DNA of 64,000 bases from Takakia lepidozioides (taxonomy: Eukaryota; Plantae; Bryophyta). How positions within the stretch are numbered: position 1 is the first letter of the stretch; every line of letters starts with the position of its first letter. The translations under genes and the position numbers were made by a program. Under the pieces are notes generated by a model. It was given only the letters and a program-made list of their open reading frames with translations. It made no database searches and was not told where the DNA came from. This document shows positions 24,576 through 37,870 of this stretch, one piece after another. The DNA lies in contig CM060732.1 in assembly GCA_030704615.1 (NCBI GenBank), forward strand, positions 57,660,001 to 57,724,000, given 5' to 3'.

Positions 24576-25969
24576 AAAAGTTAGGGCTAAATCTCACCAA
24601 ATAGATGTATTCGACCATGGTGTCCAAGATAAGCTGGCGGACTAGGTATGGCTTGCTTTCACCTCTGACTTCCTTAACAACTCCAGATTGATGGCTGTTT
24701 TAAAGTCCTTCAGAGGTGCAAGTCCCACTTCTTGCACTCTATACAACACAACATATGTGTCATGTGCGTTTTTACGCTTCTCTGTCACCCTGTCACAGAA
24801 CACACACATTCCAATAATGACAACGCAATCGGCCCGTATGCAGAAGAAATGATGACATTGAATCCAATTGGATGGGTCTGATATAGTGGCTGCTATGCAG
24901 ACAGAAGGTCTATCATGAACAAGTCATAGTAAGGGCGACGTTAATCCTTCGTCTGAGGATTCGTTGGAAAATTTTCGGATGACAATCTCATCAGCTTCTC
25001 ATACCTATATTTCATTATAAGGATTTTCGAGGACTCTGGGTCAGGTCTATAAGTCATCCAATTCCAAATGAAACCAGGATATATTACAATTACGGCGCCA
25101 TTATATGCTACCGAACTTAGATTTCTTAGCCTAAATTTGCAAGTACAAAGGCACAAACATCTCGACGTGAAACCCAACGGTCAATATTCACTGACTGCCG
25201 TACGCAATTTTGGCGCCGCAATAGCGACTGCATCGGCACATAAATGAGTACTTCATGTCTTTACAACCAAGTATGCATTTTACAAAAATGCAAATTCGTA
25301 GAAAAAACGTCATTTCCATGTATAAAACTTGTCATCAAATAGCAATATCACTTATCATCCCTATAACTGTGTCATTGTTCATCCATCATCTGGGTCAGTT
25401 CATTCATATTGCAGTGTCGTAATTCATCAATGGAGGGGCCGACCGGTGTCAGGCTGGGACCGTTTATTCCTATTGCGGCACCGCAATTCATCCAAAAAGA
25501 CACCGTATATCATCCAAAGCGCTCTTTATCGTCTTCAAGATAGACTCGTTCATCTAAATTAGGATGAACATACCCGTAATAAAAAGGAGTCGGCCCATCC
25601 GCAGAACGTGATAACCCGACACTGTTGAAATACGACGTCGTAATATAGTTGAATGGGCCCATCTGTAGAACGGAATAGCCCGGCACAGATGAATTAATAC
25701 GCCATATTATGGATGAATATGCCAATCCCCATAGCGGGATAACCCGACACTGATGAGTTGCGGCGCCGTAATAGGGATAAACGGGCCCATCCCGAGGAAC
25801 GGAAAGCATTCCTGGCCTGGATGAGTTCCACTGTTGGATGTGATAACCCCAATAAGACCCAGGCCCTCGTCCGGGATGTCATTGTCCTTGCAGGCAACGG
25901 TCGCGGACCAAGTACATATCCAAAGTTGTTACGTCTATAGCGATCCCTGACCCAAGCCTTTAAGAGACA

Positions 25970-26945
25970 ATATTGTCAGAGATAGCAAAACACTACTCAA
26001 AAACCATCAAACCAGAGATGTGGAAAAACTACATCATATCACCACCGCCTGTGTGGACCCGGCCGAGAAGGTATGCAAATGTCTGCTACTATTTTACTGT
26101 CTCATTAAAATCCTCTGTCACCTATCAAAATTGCTCTCTAACATATGTTACAAGATGAGTGCGGAAGCCTTGAAAGTGTGGACGGAAAAAAGTGCTACAC
26201 CCACCTTGAAGAAGAGATGACTTGCATCAACAGCATGGACCATCTAACCTGCGATGGCCAGAAGGTAAGCTCTAGAGTTGTCTAGTGTAAATTGCAGCGC
26301 CCTTATTCTAATTGTGGGGAATCTTATGTTAAAATAACGACCTTGTTTTTGTGCAGCCTCTTCTATTTGACACATTCACTAAGAAGAATTCAGACGGTTG
26401 TATGGTTGACTCCATAGTGGACCCTATAGAGTATGACATTCTCTTCAACCATGTCTCACCACGCAATATTCCATGGGGACATGAGGGGGAGGGCTTGGAG
26501 GCATGGGAGGACAAGAAGTCCCACTTTCATTCAAATGCTGATGGAAACACGTTCAAGCATAGAAGGCATGGTGTTGGACATTGCAGCCAACACAAGTAGG
26601 AGATTCTTGTAGTTGCGGTGTCGTTATTAGAGTCCATTGTCCTCTATAGATATTCATGGATTTACTATGGCTACTCACGATTGCTATTGACATATTTGTT
26701 CTTGATCACTAGACTCAAGGATAGGTGCTTCAATGTACTGGGCCGGGCGCGAGTCTAGTCGGCATGTCTTCGCATTTGAAGGAAAAACAGCCTTCTACGA
26801 CTCCCATGTAGCGGGCCTGCAGCAGTTGCCAGCAGAGGAGGAGCATGAGGACGATGAGGACCGCACGAAAAGACCTTCTGGCAAAGAATGGCATTTGTAT
26901 TTCAGTCTTTGTTTCATCAACCATCTCCTCATTGAACGTGTCTGC
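25970..26945 (+). pseudogene. Relic C: internally deleted fragments of the ParB-methyltransferase gene
   Basis: AKHYSKTIKPEM, DGCMVDSIVDPIEYDILFNHV and AGRESSRHVFAFEGKTAFYDSHVAGLQQLP align with the element A and B products. The orientation is opposite to A and B. Confidence 0.85.
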
Positions 26946-27284
26946 AAGGCTGTAACATGGCAGTATGTAAATATTGCCATATGTCAACAAACGTTTAGGG
27001 TTTATAATGGTCAAACATGGATGTCGTTATAATTGAACCCAACACACTTACAATGGTGCAACTGGGGGCTGCTATTTCATGAGCGGCATGAGCATGAGCG
27101 GAAAAAAAAAAAGCATGAGCAGACCATTGTGAGTCCACGGAAATAGGGTTAGGAGGCACGGAAATAGGGTCATGTGAAGTTGGAATATGGCACCAGTGGA
27201 CTTGAAATGCAACATTTTATTGCAAATTTTGTGGCAAGCCACGTCTATACAAGTGTGTTCTAACTGTCATAGCCGGAATGGGCA

Positions 27285-30200
27285 CTACTCTCCTACACCC
27301 TCCGAGGAACTTGCCCCACCTTCTTCCTCATCCCCCTCATCCCCCTCATCCTCCAAGCTCTGTGATGCATCAGTTCCACTATGCCTCTCAAAAATCCCGT
27401 CCTCTCCTTGGGGGACTATCCACCTCACCTCCTGGGAATCTTCTGCGTCTTCTCCCCCACTTTCCTCAGCAGAATCCAAGACAAATCTACGAGCCCGACG
27501 GGCTCTAATAGCTGCTGTCTCCTCCCTCATCTTCATTTTCTTGAGGCTTGCCTCGTCTAAAATCTGCTGTACACGACTAGGTTCGGAACACCTCCTAATG
27601 GACACCGAAGCAAGCCGGGCAGCATAAGTAGGAAGGATGTACTCCCTTTTCTGGACTAGGCATGAAATCCCCCCTGGCAAAAAAAGGCACGTTCCTCTTG
27701 CCCATGAACTCCGGCAGTACTTGGCATCCTATAGTAAGAACAAATCCACTTCAAGAATGTCAATACCAGCACAACCAGAAAGGGTTTTCAATGAAATAAG
27801 AGAGCGGAGGGAGGTGCCTCACGAAATCTGGAATCAACTTACAATGCGACCACTCACTCGTAAACCGGGGGCTCCTCGGCCTCGATCCCAACTTCCTCCC
27901 CCTGCTCCTTCTCAGATTTTTCCTCATCCTCCGAGGATGCCTCTTCATCTTTCGGCAGACGTTCAGCCGCTGCAAGTTCCGAGTTGTGGAGGGCAGTATC
28001 TGGCTCAAAGGCGAACACATGCCTGTCGGACAACGTCCCTCCCCACATTGAAGCACCTGAGGAACAAAGCGGGCGGTTAATAGCTTGCGGCATGCAATTG
28101 CAATCGGGCCAGGGGACAAACTGAGCACGTGAAGGCTTACCCGTGCCGCATGTGAGGTCCAGAATCCGCCCTTTGACATCCGAGCACGTCTCCATGAGGG
28201 TTTGGATGAAAGCAGGGCTCCAGGTCCGGCTGTACCGCCACGGTTTGCCTGTCTTTGTGTCCTTCGGCATACTGGAGTGGGGCACATAGTTGTAGAGGAC
28301 ATCGTAGGTTACAGGGTACACAGCAGCATCAACAAGACGACCGTCGTTGCGGAATTTGAACGTAGACCCTCTCTTCACAAAGCAATATGCCTCAAACACC
28401 AATGTCTGCACATCCAACAAAGAAAGGATCAACTCCAGGGTCTACTTAACATACACCACAATATGAAGTGAATGCAATAGATTGATAACTTACACTTTGG
28501 CCCTCTGTTCGCAACCCCTGTGTACTGATGCAGAACCATTTTCTGAGGAGGACCGGGGTGACACTTTTCGGTGTCCACCTTGCCACCGCATTCTCTGTGG
28601 TCTTCCCTCTCGTGGCAAGGACAACCACACATCCACCGTCATCCAGAAGCATCCCCGCCAGCCCAAACCCGGCTTTCCAGTAGTCCTCAGTAAACCTGTT
28701 CCAAGTGGGCACACCATCCAGGCCCTCCAGCAGCTCCCCATCTGGAATGTCGAGGAGAATCATGTCGCAAGCTCTCTTCACCTCAACCCCCCCCCCCCCC
28801 CCGAGTGCTCTTGCAATCCGTGCTCACAGCCGTGAAGAATTCCATCATGGTTTCAAAACCAGGGGTGTCTTTAGGCTCTGTACCGCCAACCCTCTTCTTG
28901 GCTTTCCCCTTCTGCTCCGCCAGAGACTTGCTGTGTGCCACCTTCTTCGCCCTGGCAGCGAGAGCGTCAAGGAAGCTCTCATTGACGCATTGGATGATGG
29001 TTGGAGGTTCTAGCTTTGGCCTGTGCGTAAACGTCACCGCCGAATACCGCTGTGTAGGCTCGCCCTCAAATGCCAACTTCTTGGCAGAGCCAGTCCCACT
29101 CCGAACTGACTTGGGAACCCGGACGACCGGTGACTGGGTAGGAGCAACAGCAGTCGCAGGACCTTGAACAAAGTCGTCGTCCGAGTCACTCTCTTGGGTC
29201 CCCTCCTGTGCCTCCTCCGATGCCCCGATGGTTTTCTTCTTTTTGGGTGTTATTGCACTCACCTGTTTCATTGTCCTTTTCCTTTGGCCTTTACTCTTCT
29301 CATGCAATTTCTCCTGAATTCCTGCCTGAGCAAGCTCTGCCGCTTTCCTGGAGTTCGCAAGCGCTTTTGCCTCTTTTGCACCCAACGGAGGCAGCGGAGC
29401 CCGGTTTCGTCGGAATTCAGCATACAGCTTCAATTGAAACTCAGATGGGTCGAGCGAGCCCGGCGGAAGGTCCACATACCAAGGGCAATCACGCAAATGT
29501 TCCAGATGCCACTCCTTCACAATATCGTCAGTGTACATGGAGTCAGCCCCAGGGTTCCTCCATGCCAGGAAGAATGGTGGCTCGAAAGACAGATGACCTT
29601 TCTCCAAAAGGGAGAACTTGCAGTACCTGCATTCATGAAAAACACAATGAGGTCCCTGAAATGCATATTCGGCACCATTTTCCCAGGTTGGGGCGGATGT
29701 GAGTGGGCCTAGAAATGGAAAAATGGCGCCGAATTTCGGTTTTCGGTGACTGCCACCCTAGGGACTTAGCCATCTTGGGAGCCCTGAACTGGAAATTCGG
29801 CGCCATTTTTCCCGGTTTGGCCCGAAGATGGCTAAGTCCCAGAACCGCAATAGGGCCTAGAACTGGAAAAATGGCGCCGAATTTCCAGTTCAGGGCCAGC
29901 CACCCTAGGGACTTAGCCCAAAAATGGCTAAGTCCCTGAACGGCAATAGGGCCTAGAACTGGAAAATGGCGCCGAATTTCCAGTTCAGGGCCAGCCACCC
30001 TAGGGACTTAGCCCGAAAATGGCTACGTCCCTGAACGGCAATAGGGCCTAGAACTGGAAAATGGCGCCGAATTTCCAGTTCGGGGCCAGCCAGTCTAGGG
30101 AGTTAGCCCGAAAATGGCTAAGTCCCTGAACGGCAATAGGGCCTAGAACTGGAAAATGGCGCCGAATTTCCAGTTCAGGGCCAGCCACCCTAGGGACTTA

Positions 30201-32729
30201 GCCCGAAAATGGCTAAGTCCCTGAACGGCAATAGGGCCTGGAACTGGAAAATGGCGCCGAATTTCCAGTTCAGGGCCAGCCAGTCTAGGGACTTGACCAT
30301 TTTCGGAGCCCTGACTGGAAATTCGGCGCCATTTTCCCTAACACCACATGAGGCCTCTAACATCCTAAAATGCAAGGACTTGAAAGAAAGGCAACGCGTA
30401 TGTACCTATACAGAAGGCGCATGCTGCTTTGTCCGCGTTCGGCTAGTCGGTGAACTCGTGGCTCCGGCGAGCATCTGCTATCTCCCGAAAGAATAGGTTG
30501 GTTTTGTAGAGCAGAAAGTACCTCGTCACATAGTCGCGTAGGCTCTCTGCTGCAGGAGATATCTCCATCTTGAACTGATGTGCTTGTGTGTCCAGCTGCT
30601 CTTGCGCATTCGTCGTCACCTGTGGAGATTCTCCATCACATCGCTTTCCTGAAAAAATACAATGAATCCACCCCCTACTAGAGTAGAAGCCCCAAACGAA
30701 GCGTGGGGAAGTACCTGAAACCACCATGTCATGCGGTTCATCCACATGTCGAATGTGGGGTCAGAGAGTTTGTCCGGTTTGGGGAAGCTCCACATGTCCC
30801 TGGTACTTTGGGAACCATTCCAGATTTGGAGCCACCGGGTCTGTCCAACCACCCAGCATATTCGTAAGCGCCAAACACCACAAAAAGGAGTTGTTGCCAC
30901 CATCGTGGGCTTCAGAGCGCGAGAGTAGTGCTTCCCCACCTCCACCAGAAAGTCGGCACCAAGGGCGGGATCAGCTATGGCCACGTACTTTACCATCCGC
31001 GACTTGTACTTTATGCGGGCCCTCACCTCCGCAGCTTTGACATACGATTCAAGTGCCGGGAGGGTTGGATTCTTCTCCTCTGACTCCATGTAGAACCTCC
31101 GCGCATGTGCCAAATCCTGCTGTATTTTCGTCTGTCAAGAATGCGCACATAAGATTAGAGATCCCGCTCAACACAATTTCTTCTATTGGGGGAGGAGATT
31201 AGAAATCACGATGAAGACCTTTTCTTCTATTGGGGGAGGAGAGACAGATTAGCTCAACAAAACTGTCAGGAGCTTTACCCGAAATATGTAGTCCACCATG
31301 GCGTCGACGCTCAGCCTATACCAGGTTCTGTCTGCCTTTGCCTCCGACTTGCGCAGGCATCAAACAATACTGAAATGGGAATTTTCATCATATATGAGGA
31401 TTCGCAATGAAATGACTTCCAAATTCAAAGTCCAAAAGCGAGAGGCGTTGTAACTTACGAGTTGATGTCGGCCATTGCAGCTTTGAGAAGACTGCGATCT
31501 TTGGGCCCCGCAACCTTCAGCACAACACACTCCACGGCGAAATGCCAATCGAGGTCGTTGGGGTGGGCTTGGGCAATGTGCTCCATCCATGCCAGGAGGC
31601 GATGATTGTCGTCCCACACGTAGAACATCTTACCGGACAAGTGCTGGAAAAGAGGATCACTAGCAATCGATCTCTCGAACTCCTCATTTCGCGTTTGCCA
31701 ATGGGGACCCCATTTGTCCACCTCATCGAAAGTGTGGGCACGGGAAGCTCCGTGGTCGTTCTCAATGGAAACGTAAAACGCGGCAGACCCCATTTGATAT
31801 CCATCCCGGAAAGAGAATTTCAGCTTGTCGATATCGCCTGGGAGGGCAGGTCTCACCACCTGCAATGACACCAAGCGGCAAACGGGAATTCGAAGCTTGG
31901 CCAGGTACACCATGCCCCCCAGCACCCTGCCAATGTTGCTGTGGGTTGCCTCCAACATCTTGGCAGCGGCCAACTTCATATCCGCCTCCGACATGACGTA
32001 TGCTGCAGAGGGGTTTTCCGGCAGCCCACCAGGACCGCCAAATCCAGCCTGTATGCTCCGGGTTTGGGGCCTGGGGATGTCCGGGAGGATGTCATCCTGG
32101 TCAGAAAGCTCCCTGTCGTCCTCCTCAACAGGGTCAGCCACCTGCGAAACCACCTCCAGCACTCTCCCCGTCTCTACTGCCCTCTCCCTGGCTTCACCTC
32201 GAACTTGCACAATCCGTGCTCTTTCTGGTGTTCTTTCCTCTCCTCCACTCTCCACCGTATGGGCAATTGCAGGGGCTGCTCTTGCCCGCGATGGTCTAAT
32301 CGGTGTGTTGTTGCCTCTTTGTGGTGTCTTGGAGGGATCCACCGTCTCTGTGCGTCCCTCACTTACATGGGAATCTGTCAGTTCGGAACCCCTGGCCTCT
32401 TCAGTGGCCTTTTCTCTTTCCTCCTGGCTAGCCTTGTGTCTTGCCTGTTTTTTTGCCCTCTCTTTTGCCCTCTCACGGGCTTTCTGTTTCTTATTAGGGC
32501 TAGCAGCAGGGGAGCCCGGATGGACGACCACCTTTGAGGTAGGCGAACTGACACCCTCGCGCGCACTGCGAACTCCCCCCTCCGCAGCCCGTGACGGCTC
32601 TCGCGCCGGGGATTGCACGTGCTTGGCTTTCTTCTTCTTCTTTGCTTGGACGGGCCCTACTGCTTCTGCATCAACAACCTCCATTGCCGGATCTGCTGTT
32701 CTCACTTCCTCACGCCCTTCACCTGCCAT
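27285..32729 (-). pseudogene. Element B multi-exon gene: ParB/Srx-like domain plus beta-class N6/N4 DNA methyltransferase-like domain
   Basis: VVRPALPGDIDKLKFSFRDGY...FYVWDDNHRLLAW (ParB-like). CDMILLDIPDG...YWKAGFGLAGMLLDDGGCVVVL...SPAFIQTLMETCSDVKGRILDLTCGTG/ASMWGGTLSDRHVFAFEPD (MTase motifs IV to X-I-II). GT-AG introns at positions shared with element A. Some frameshifts. Confidence 0.8.
29715..30335. repeat. 95-bp tandem array inside an intron (29627-30405) of the element B cargo gene
   Basis: ACTGGAAAATGGCGCCGAATTTCC at 29958, 30053 and 30148, with the next unit (one extra A) at 30243. Units also carry the inverted pair AGGGACTTAGCC/GGCTAAGTCCCT. Confidence 0.95.
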
Positions 32730-33059
32730 GAGGCCTGCACCAACCTCCCCAATGCATATTCTGTCGTACTCTCGCTGCAGGTCCGTAGTACAGAGCTTTC
32801 AACTTCCGCCGCGGTCTGGATGTGAGGTCTCTCTCAGGAGAGCCACGCCCTTCAGGGGGCATAAGTCCCAGCCAAAATGGAAAAAGATCTCCGTTTTTTG
32901 GATACATGCCTCGAATAGCATGTTAAGCCAAGATTAGCATCAAATTTAGGGTACGTATCCAGGAAGCCATGTGTCGCCAGCCCGAATGAAAACGGATGGT
33001 GGTGGACATTTATTGCCCAACTGCGCAATTAAATGTCGGATGAAACCCTCCATGTCGGA

Positions 33060-34980
33060 TGAAAATCGACGGAACTCGGCCCGGAATTTCCAACGTAGAG
33101 GTAATTCGGAGCGCTGCAGGATGGAAATCCGGCGCCGGATTTTCATCCTGCAGGTAATTCGGAGCGCAGCAGGATGGAAATTCAGCGCCAAATTTCCATC
33201 CTGCAAGGTAGGGCGGCACGCGAAATTTCCCTCACGCAGGTAATTCAGAAGCGGATGGAAGGAAATCCGGCGGCGGATTTCCATCCGCGCAGGTAGGGCG
33301 GCGCGCGAAATTTCCCTCACGCAGGTAATTCCGAAGCGGATGGATGGAAATCCGGCACCGGATTTCCATCCGCGCAGGTAGGGCGGCGCGCCAAATTTCC
33401 CTCACGCAGGTAATTCAGAAGCGGATGGATGGAAATCCGGCGCCGGATTTCCATCCGCGCAGGTAGGGCGGCGCGCCAAATTTCCCTCACGCAAGTAATT
33501 CGGAGGCGGATGGATGGAAATCCGGCGCCAGATTTCCATCCGCGCAGGTAGGGCGGATGGATGGAAATCCGGATTCGGCGCCGAATTTCCATCCTACAGG
33601 TAATTCGAATCCCGGATGGATGGAAATCCGGCGCCAAATTTCCATCCTGCAGGTAATTCGAATCCCGGATGGATGGAAATCCGGCGCCGAATTTCCATCC
33701 AGCAGGTAAGTCGGATCGCTGGCGTATGGATATTCGCTGCCGAATTTCCATTCGGCAGGTATTTCGAAGCGCTGAATTACCTTCCTGCAGGTAATTCTGA
33801 GCGTGTCCGATTGATTTTTCGGAGAAAAAGAAACATAACTGTTTGTTTTGTGGCTGAAGTGCACTTGTAGACACGTTTTTCTTGGAATCCTTGACTGCTA
33901 GAGGCAAATCGGAACAGCCTCAGACGGAAATTCGGCGCCGTTTTTCCATTCTGGGAGGTTTTTACGACTTCCTTTGAGGGGGCCCCGATGGAAATTCGGC
34001 GCCGAATTTCCATCCGGGGGATGGTCTCTGTCGGAGAGGTGCTGGCTTCTCCGCCGCTCTGTTGGATATTCGGTGCCGAATTTCCGTCCGGGGGTTGAAA
34101 TATGACGGCCAGGTGTCGGCCTCTCCCCCCTCCCTGACTGCATTGGAACGGCCCCGGATGGAAATTCGGCGCCGTTTTTCCATCTGGGGAGGTTTTTATG
34201 TCGGCCAGTTTTCGGCCTGACCCCCCTACACGACTTCCTTTGGGGGGGCCCGGATGGAAATTCGGCGCCGAATCTCCATATAGGGGATGCTCTCTGTCGA
34301 ACACGTGCCGGCCTCTACGCCCGAGGCGACTTCATCCGGGCGTCCCCTGTTGGATATTCGGTGCCGAATTTCCGTCCGGGGGTTGAAATGTGACGGCCAG
34401 GTGTCGGCCTCTCCCCCTCCCCGACTGCATCCGAACCGCCCCGGATGGAAATTCGGCGCCGTTTTTCCATCTGGGGATGTTTTTATGCCGGCCAGTTTCC
34501 GGCCTGACCCCCCGACACGACTTCCTTTGGGGGGGCCCGGATGGAAATTCGGCGCCGAATGTCCATCCAGGGGATGTTCTCTGTCGCACACGCGCCGGCC
34601 TCTGCGCCCGAGGCGACTTCATCCGGGCTTCCCCTATTGTATATTCGGTGCCGAATTTCCGTCCGGGGGTTGTAATGTGAGGGCCAGATGGCGGCCTTTC
34701 CCCCGAGCCGACTGCATCCGAAAGGCCTCGGATGGAAATTCGGCGCCGTTTTTCCATCCGCGGAGGTTTTTAGGTCGGCCAGTTTTCGGCTTGACCCCCC
34801 GACCGGAATTCCTTTGGGTGGATCCGAATGGAAATTCGGCGCTGAATTTCCATCCGGGGGATGTTTTCTGTCGGACAGGTGCCGGCATCTCTGCCCCAGA
34901 CGACTTCATCCGTGCGGCCCCTGTTGGTATTGGGTGTCGAATTTCCATTCGGGGGTAGTAATGTGACGGCACGGTGCCGG
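33060..34980. repeat. Element B intergenic palindrome arrays (85-bp unit, then 287-bp unit)
   Basis: Perfect 30-bp palindrome GGATGGAAATCCGGCGCCGGATTTCCATCC at 33427-33456. 85-bp period at 33208/33293/33378/33463/33548 and 287-bp period at 34156/34443/34730, built on GGAAATTCGGCGCCG. Confidence 0.95.
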
Positions 34981-35235
34981 CTTCTCCCCTTCAGCCGACA
35001 TCATCCGGACGGTCCCCCCACTTTCTGACTGCATACCGTTGGCAGTATTGCGCAAAGACCAGGGGCCGCATTCCGGAGACAAGGTTCATTAACACTCTGA
35101 CTCTGGATTTTTGAGATAGTTGGCTCCCTGGATTTGGATCAGGCTTCGTCGCACGGACAAATCGGCACCGCATTCCTTCCCATCGCTGCATCCCCCTTCT
35201 ACTAGGGAGCTTCCCCGCACGCCATCCTGGTAGTC

Positions 35236-36644
35236 TTGTGTGCACATCTCCCATGGCGGAAAAACCCGAGCGCTACAGTGTACTGCCCTCCTCACGAGCA
35301 TAGAGCTTCATTTCCGTGCAGAGGGGACATCTGCCGGGTGATGGAGAAATATCTGTGCGTTCGATACCACCTGAAACCGGGGTCGATTTTTTTGGAGGAG
35401 GAAAAGAAGGACTCTAACGGCCTTGTTGTCGAGAGTATTGTTGTGCTCCACGATGATTTCGACGATGGCAGGGAATGGCGAGTTCCACCATCGGACAACG
35501 TCATATACAGGGCTGTTGGGGACTTCATTTGCCCGCCAAATGCACCTTCTATCCTGGCGCCTTCCACGAAACAATCCGCGAATCAGAGAGTGGCTACCTC
35601 AAAGAGAGAAGTCCGCAGCGAAGTAAATCCAGAGCCGAACCCATCCATGAAGACGAGCGAGAACCGGGTTGTTCACAACCTGTCCGACTCAGACGAGGTC
35701 ATGGAAGTTCCGAGGTCGTCCTGGAGATCAGGCAAGTCCTCAATGGACGTCACTGGAGGAGGGAGTCATATTCCCAGCACGAGCACCGCAGTTCGATCTA
35801 TTCTTGAAATTCTGCGAGGGCTTCACCTGGAGGGACACTGGTCGGGCTGGACTACAACAAGTTCGCAATTAAATCGGTTACATGCCTTCCCGCCGACGTC
35901 GACGGTAATATCTTCTTTGAGTTCCCTCCTCGGGCGGACTACTCGAGGGCGTCCGGAATGTTGACAGATATGGATAGAAAACATGACGGTCATCCTTGGT
36001 GCGTTACCAAAAACACCAGCATGAAGATGCTCGATGGTGTGCGGGTGCGCTACGTTGTTTGTGCGGGCGCATTGCGGTGTTTCTCCCCAACTTGCTTCCA
36101 CTTTAAATCCAGAGGTCACAGGAACGAGACCGATTGGACAGGCACAGCTCATCAACCATTTCGAGCTCAGGAGAAGGTTCCGAACTCCACATTTAAGTGT
36201 GCGCATTGCAAAGAATCACCACACTGCATGTCTGTTTGTAATGCCAAGCAGTTCTATGTGTTGCACCGTTTCCCTGACCTCACCCGAGCTTGCATACACG
36301 TTGGTTCCCATTGTCACAAATTGGCGAGGGGGAACTTGCGGGAGGCTGCCCACGAAGCAGAGCAGCTCGTTCAGGAGGAGGTTAAGTTGAGACCGGGTGC
36401 CAAACCCAAACATATACAGCTCCAAGCCGCCCATAAGATGGCATTGGTCAGAATTATGTCGGAAGACAGCTCCGATAGAGTTCCTCTCGATGAGAAGGAA
36501 ATGGAGGCATTGCTGGAGTCGGTGTCCCACGTATGTTCACGAATGTCCGAAAACCACATTGTCTCATGCAAACAAAAAATTGGGCGTGGCTCGGATATGT
36601 ACTCCATTCTGGAGGTGAAGCGACGATGTGGATATGACAAGTGA
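35236..36644 (+). pseudogene. Element B transposase N-terminal half (GCM/WRKY-like Zn finger), truncated
   Basis: RKHDGHPWCVTK...RVRYVVCAGALRC...FKCAHC...CNAKQFYV...RACIHVGSHCH, colinear with the element A transposase. One frameshift near 35870-35960. Confidence 0.85.
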
Positions 36645-37039
36645 TGCGAGAAGGACGAAGACCAAATCGAGGTCCATGTCCTGTTGTTGCAAGCGTTTAT
36701 GGCGTCAAGGGCGCATTATGTGCAAATGTGGGCTCTTGGCTCCCCTTTGTACCATGATTTGTATTCTTCCTGATGATCACAAGGTTCTTGGGGGGAATCA
36801 GTTGGTCTTAGTAACCCATATTTTAATCTCTGCCCGCTCAGCTGCACCGTGGTGGTTCTTACGAACCAATCCCACATTACCTGACTAGAGATACAAGCAG
36901 CACGCACAAGAGGTCTTCTTGGGTTCATGGTCAGTCTAATCCGCAATGGGTCATGACACAAGGTATAGAGACAATGTGGTGAGGGCACCTTCTTCTTCGA
37001 GCTATTTCAGCCTTATTTGCCGAGATGTAGTGTGGTGGA

Positions 37040-37870
37040 GTGCGATGCTCTCAGGGGTGGGTTATGCAAAGCAGGGACGTGGGATGGAGGCTTTGGAGAC
37101 TATGAATAGTCGAAGGGAGAGTTGATAACATGGCTGAACAAGATGTGGTCTCAAGGAACACGCTGAATATCGGCAAAAGATATGGCCAACATGTGTTGCG
37201 GGATGAGGGCATTGGAGACATATGAGCAAATTGTGAGAAGAGGTGCAGCCTGAACGGGTGGGTACGTTCATTTGGTTTGCAATGCATGTGACAAACCTGG
37301 CAAGCCCTGGAGACTGGTCAAGGGCAAAGAGGGTCCATCGTGACATTGTCAAAGCTGGAACGGTACCAGATATAACAATACCTCGTCGACATTGTGCCCA
37401 AACGTGGGAGCATTCCCTTGTGGACAAGGAGTGTTTAACAATATGGCTGAGCGAAATGTGGTGTGGTGGAACGTGATGATCGCAGGACAGGACATGCACA
37501 AACATGGGCGGGGATTGCGGGTTTTGGAGACCTATGAGCAAATGATGTGGGTCTAGGGGGTAAAGCCCAGCCACATTACGTTTGTTTGTGTTTGCAGTGC
37601 ATGTGCGAGCCTGTGGATAAGGGCAAAGAGTTCCATGGTTGCATCGTCAAAGCTTGGAATTGTGGTAGACGATGTCATTCTGAACATGAATACCCTTCTA
37701 GATAGGGAGTGTTCAACCATATGGCGCTGAGCGAAAATGTTGGTGTCGTGGAAAGTGATGATCGCAGGACATGCACAACAGGGGCGGGAGAGTGCAGGTT
37801 TTTGGAGGATGGAGACTATGAGCAGTTGATTGGGAGGGGTGAAGTCCGACACATTACGTTCAGAGAGTTC
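37040..37870 (+). pseudogene. Degenerate PLS-class PPR repeats
   Basis: GVKPSHITFVCVCSACASL and AKRVHRDIVKAG motifs in about three decayed tandem units. DNA is homologous to the minus strand of 23290-23460. Confidence 0.7.

Larger units (their letters stand above)
27064..36640. mobile_element. Element B: MULE-like transposon related to element A, truncated on the right
   Basis: Starts with GGGGGCTGCTATTTCATGAGC, nearly identical to the element A TIR. Has the same divergent two-gene layout. Homology stops at ...RRCGYD, before the DDE domain. Confidence 0.88.

Noticed and set aside
31825-32937. 370-aa plus-strand ORF and similar long antisense ORFs over the cargo genes
   Set aside because: They are antisense shadows of the minus-strand coding exons.
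32946-34972. Many ORFs rich in MEIRRRIS, WKFGAEF and GNSAPNF (also 23800-24630, 29633-30496, 53100-54700)
   Set aside because: These are translations of the palindromic DNA repeat in all six frames, not proteins.
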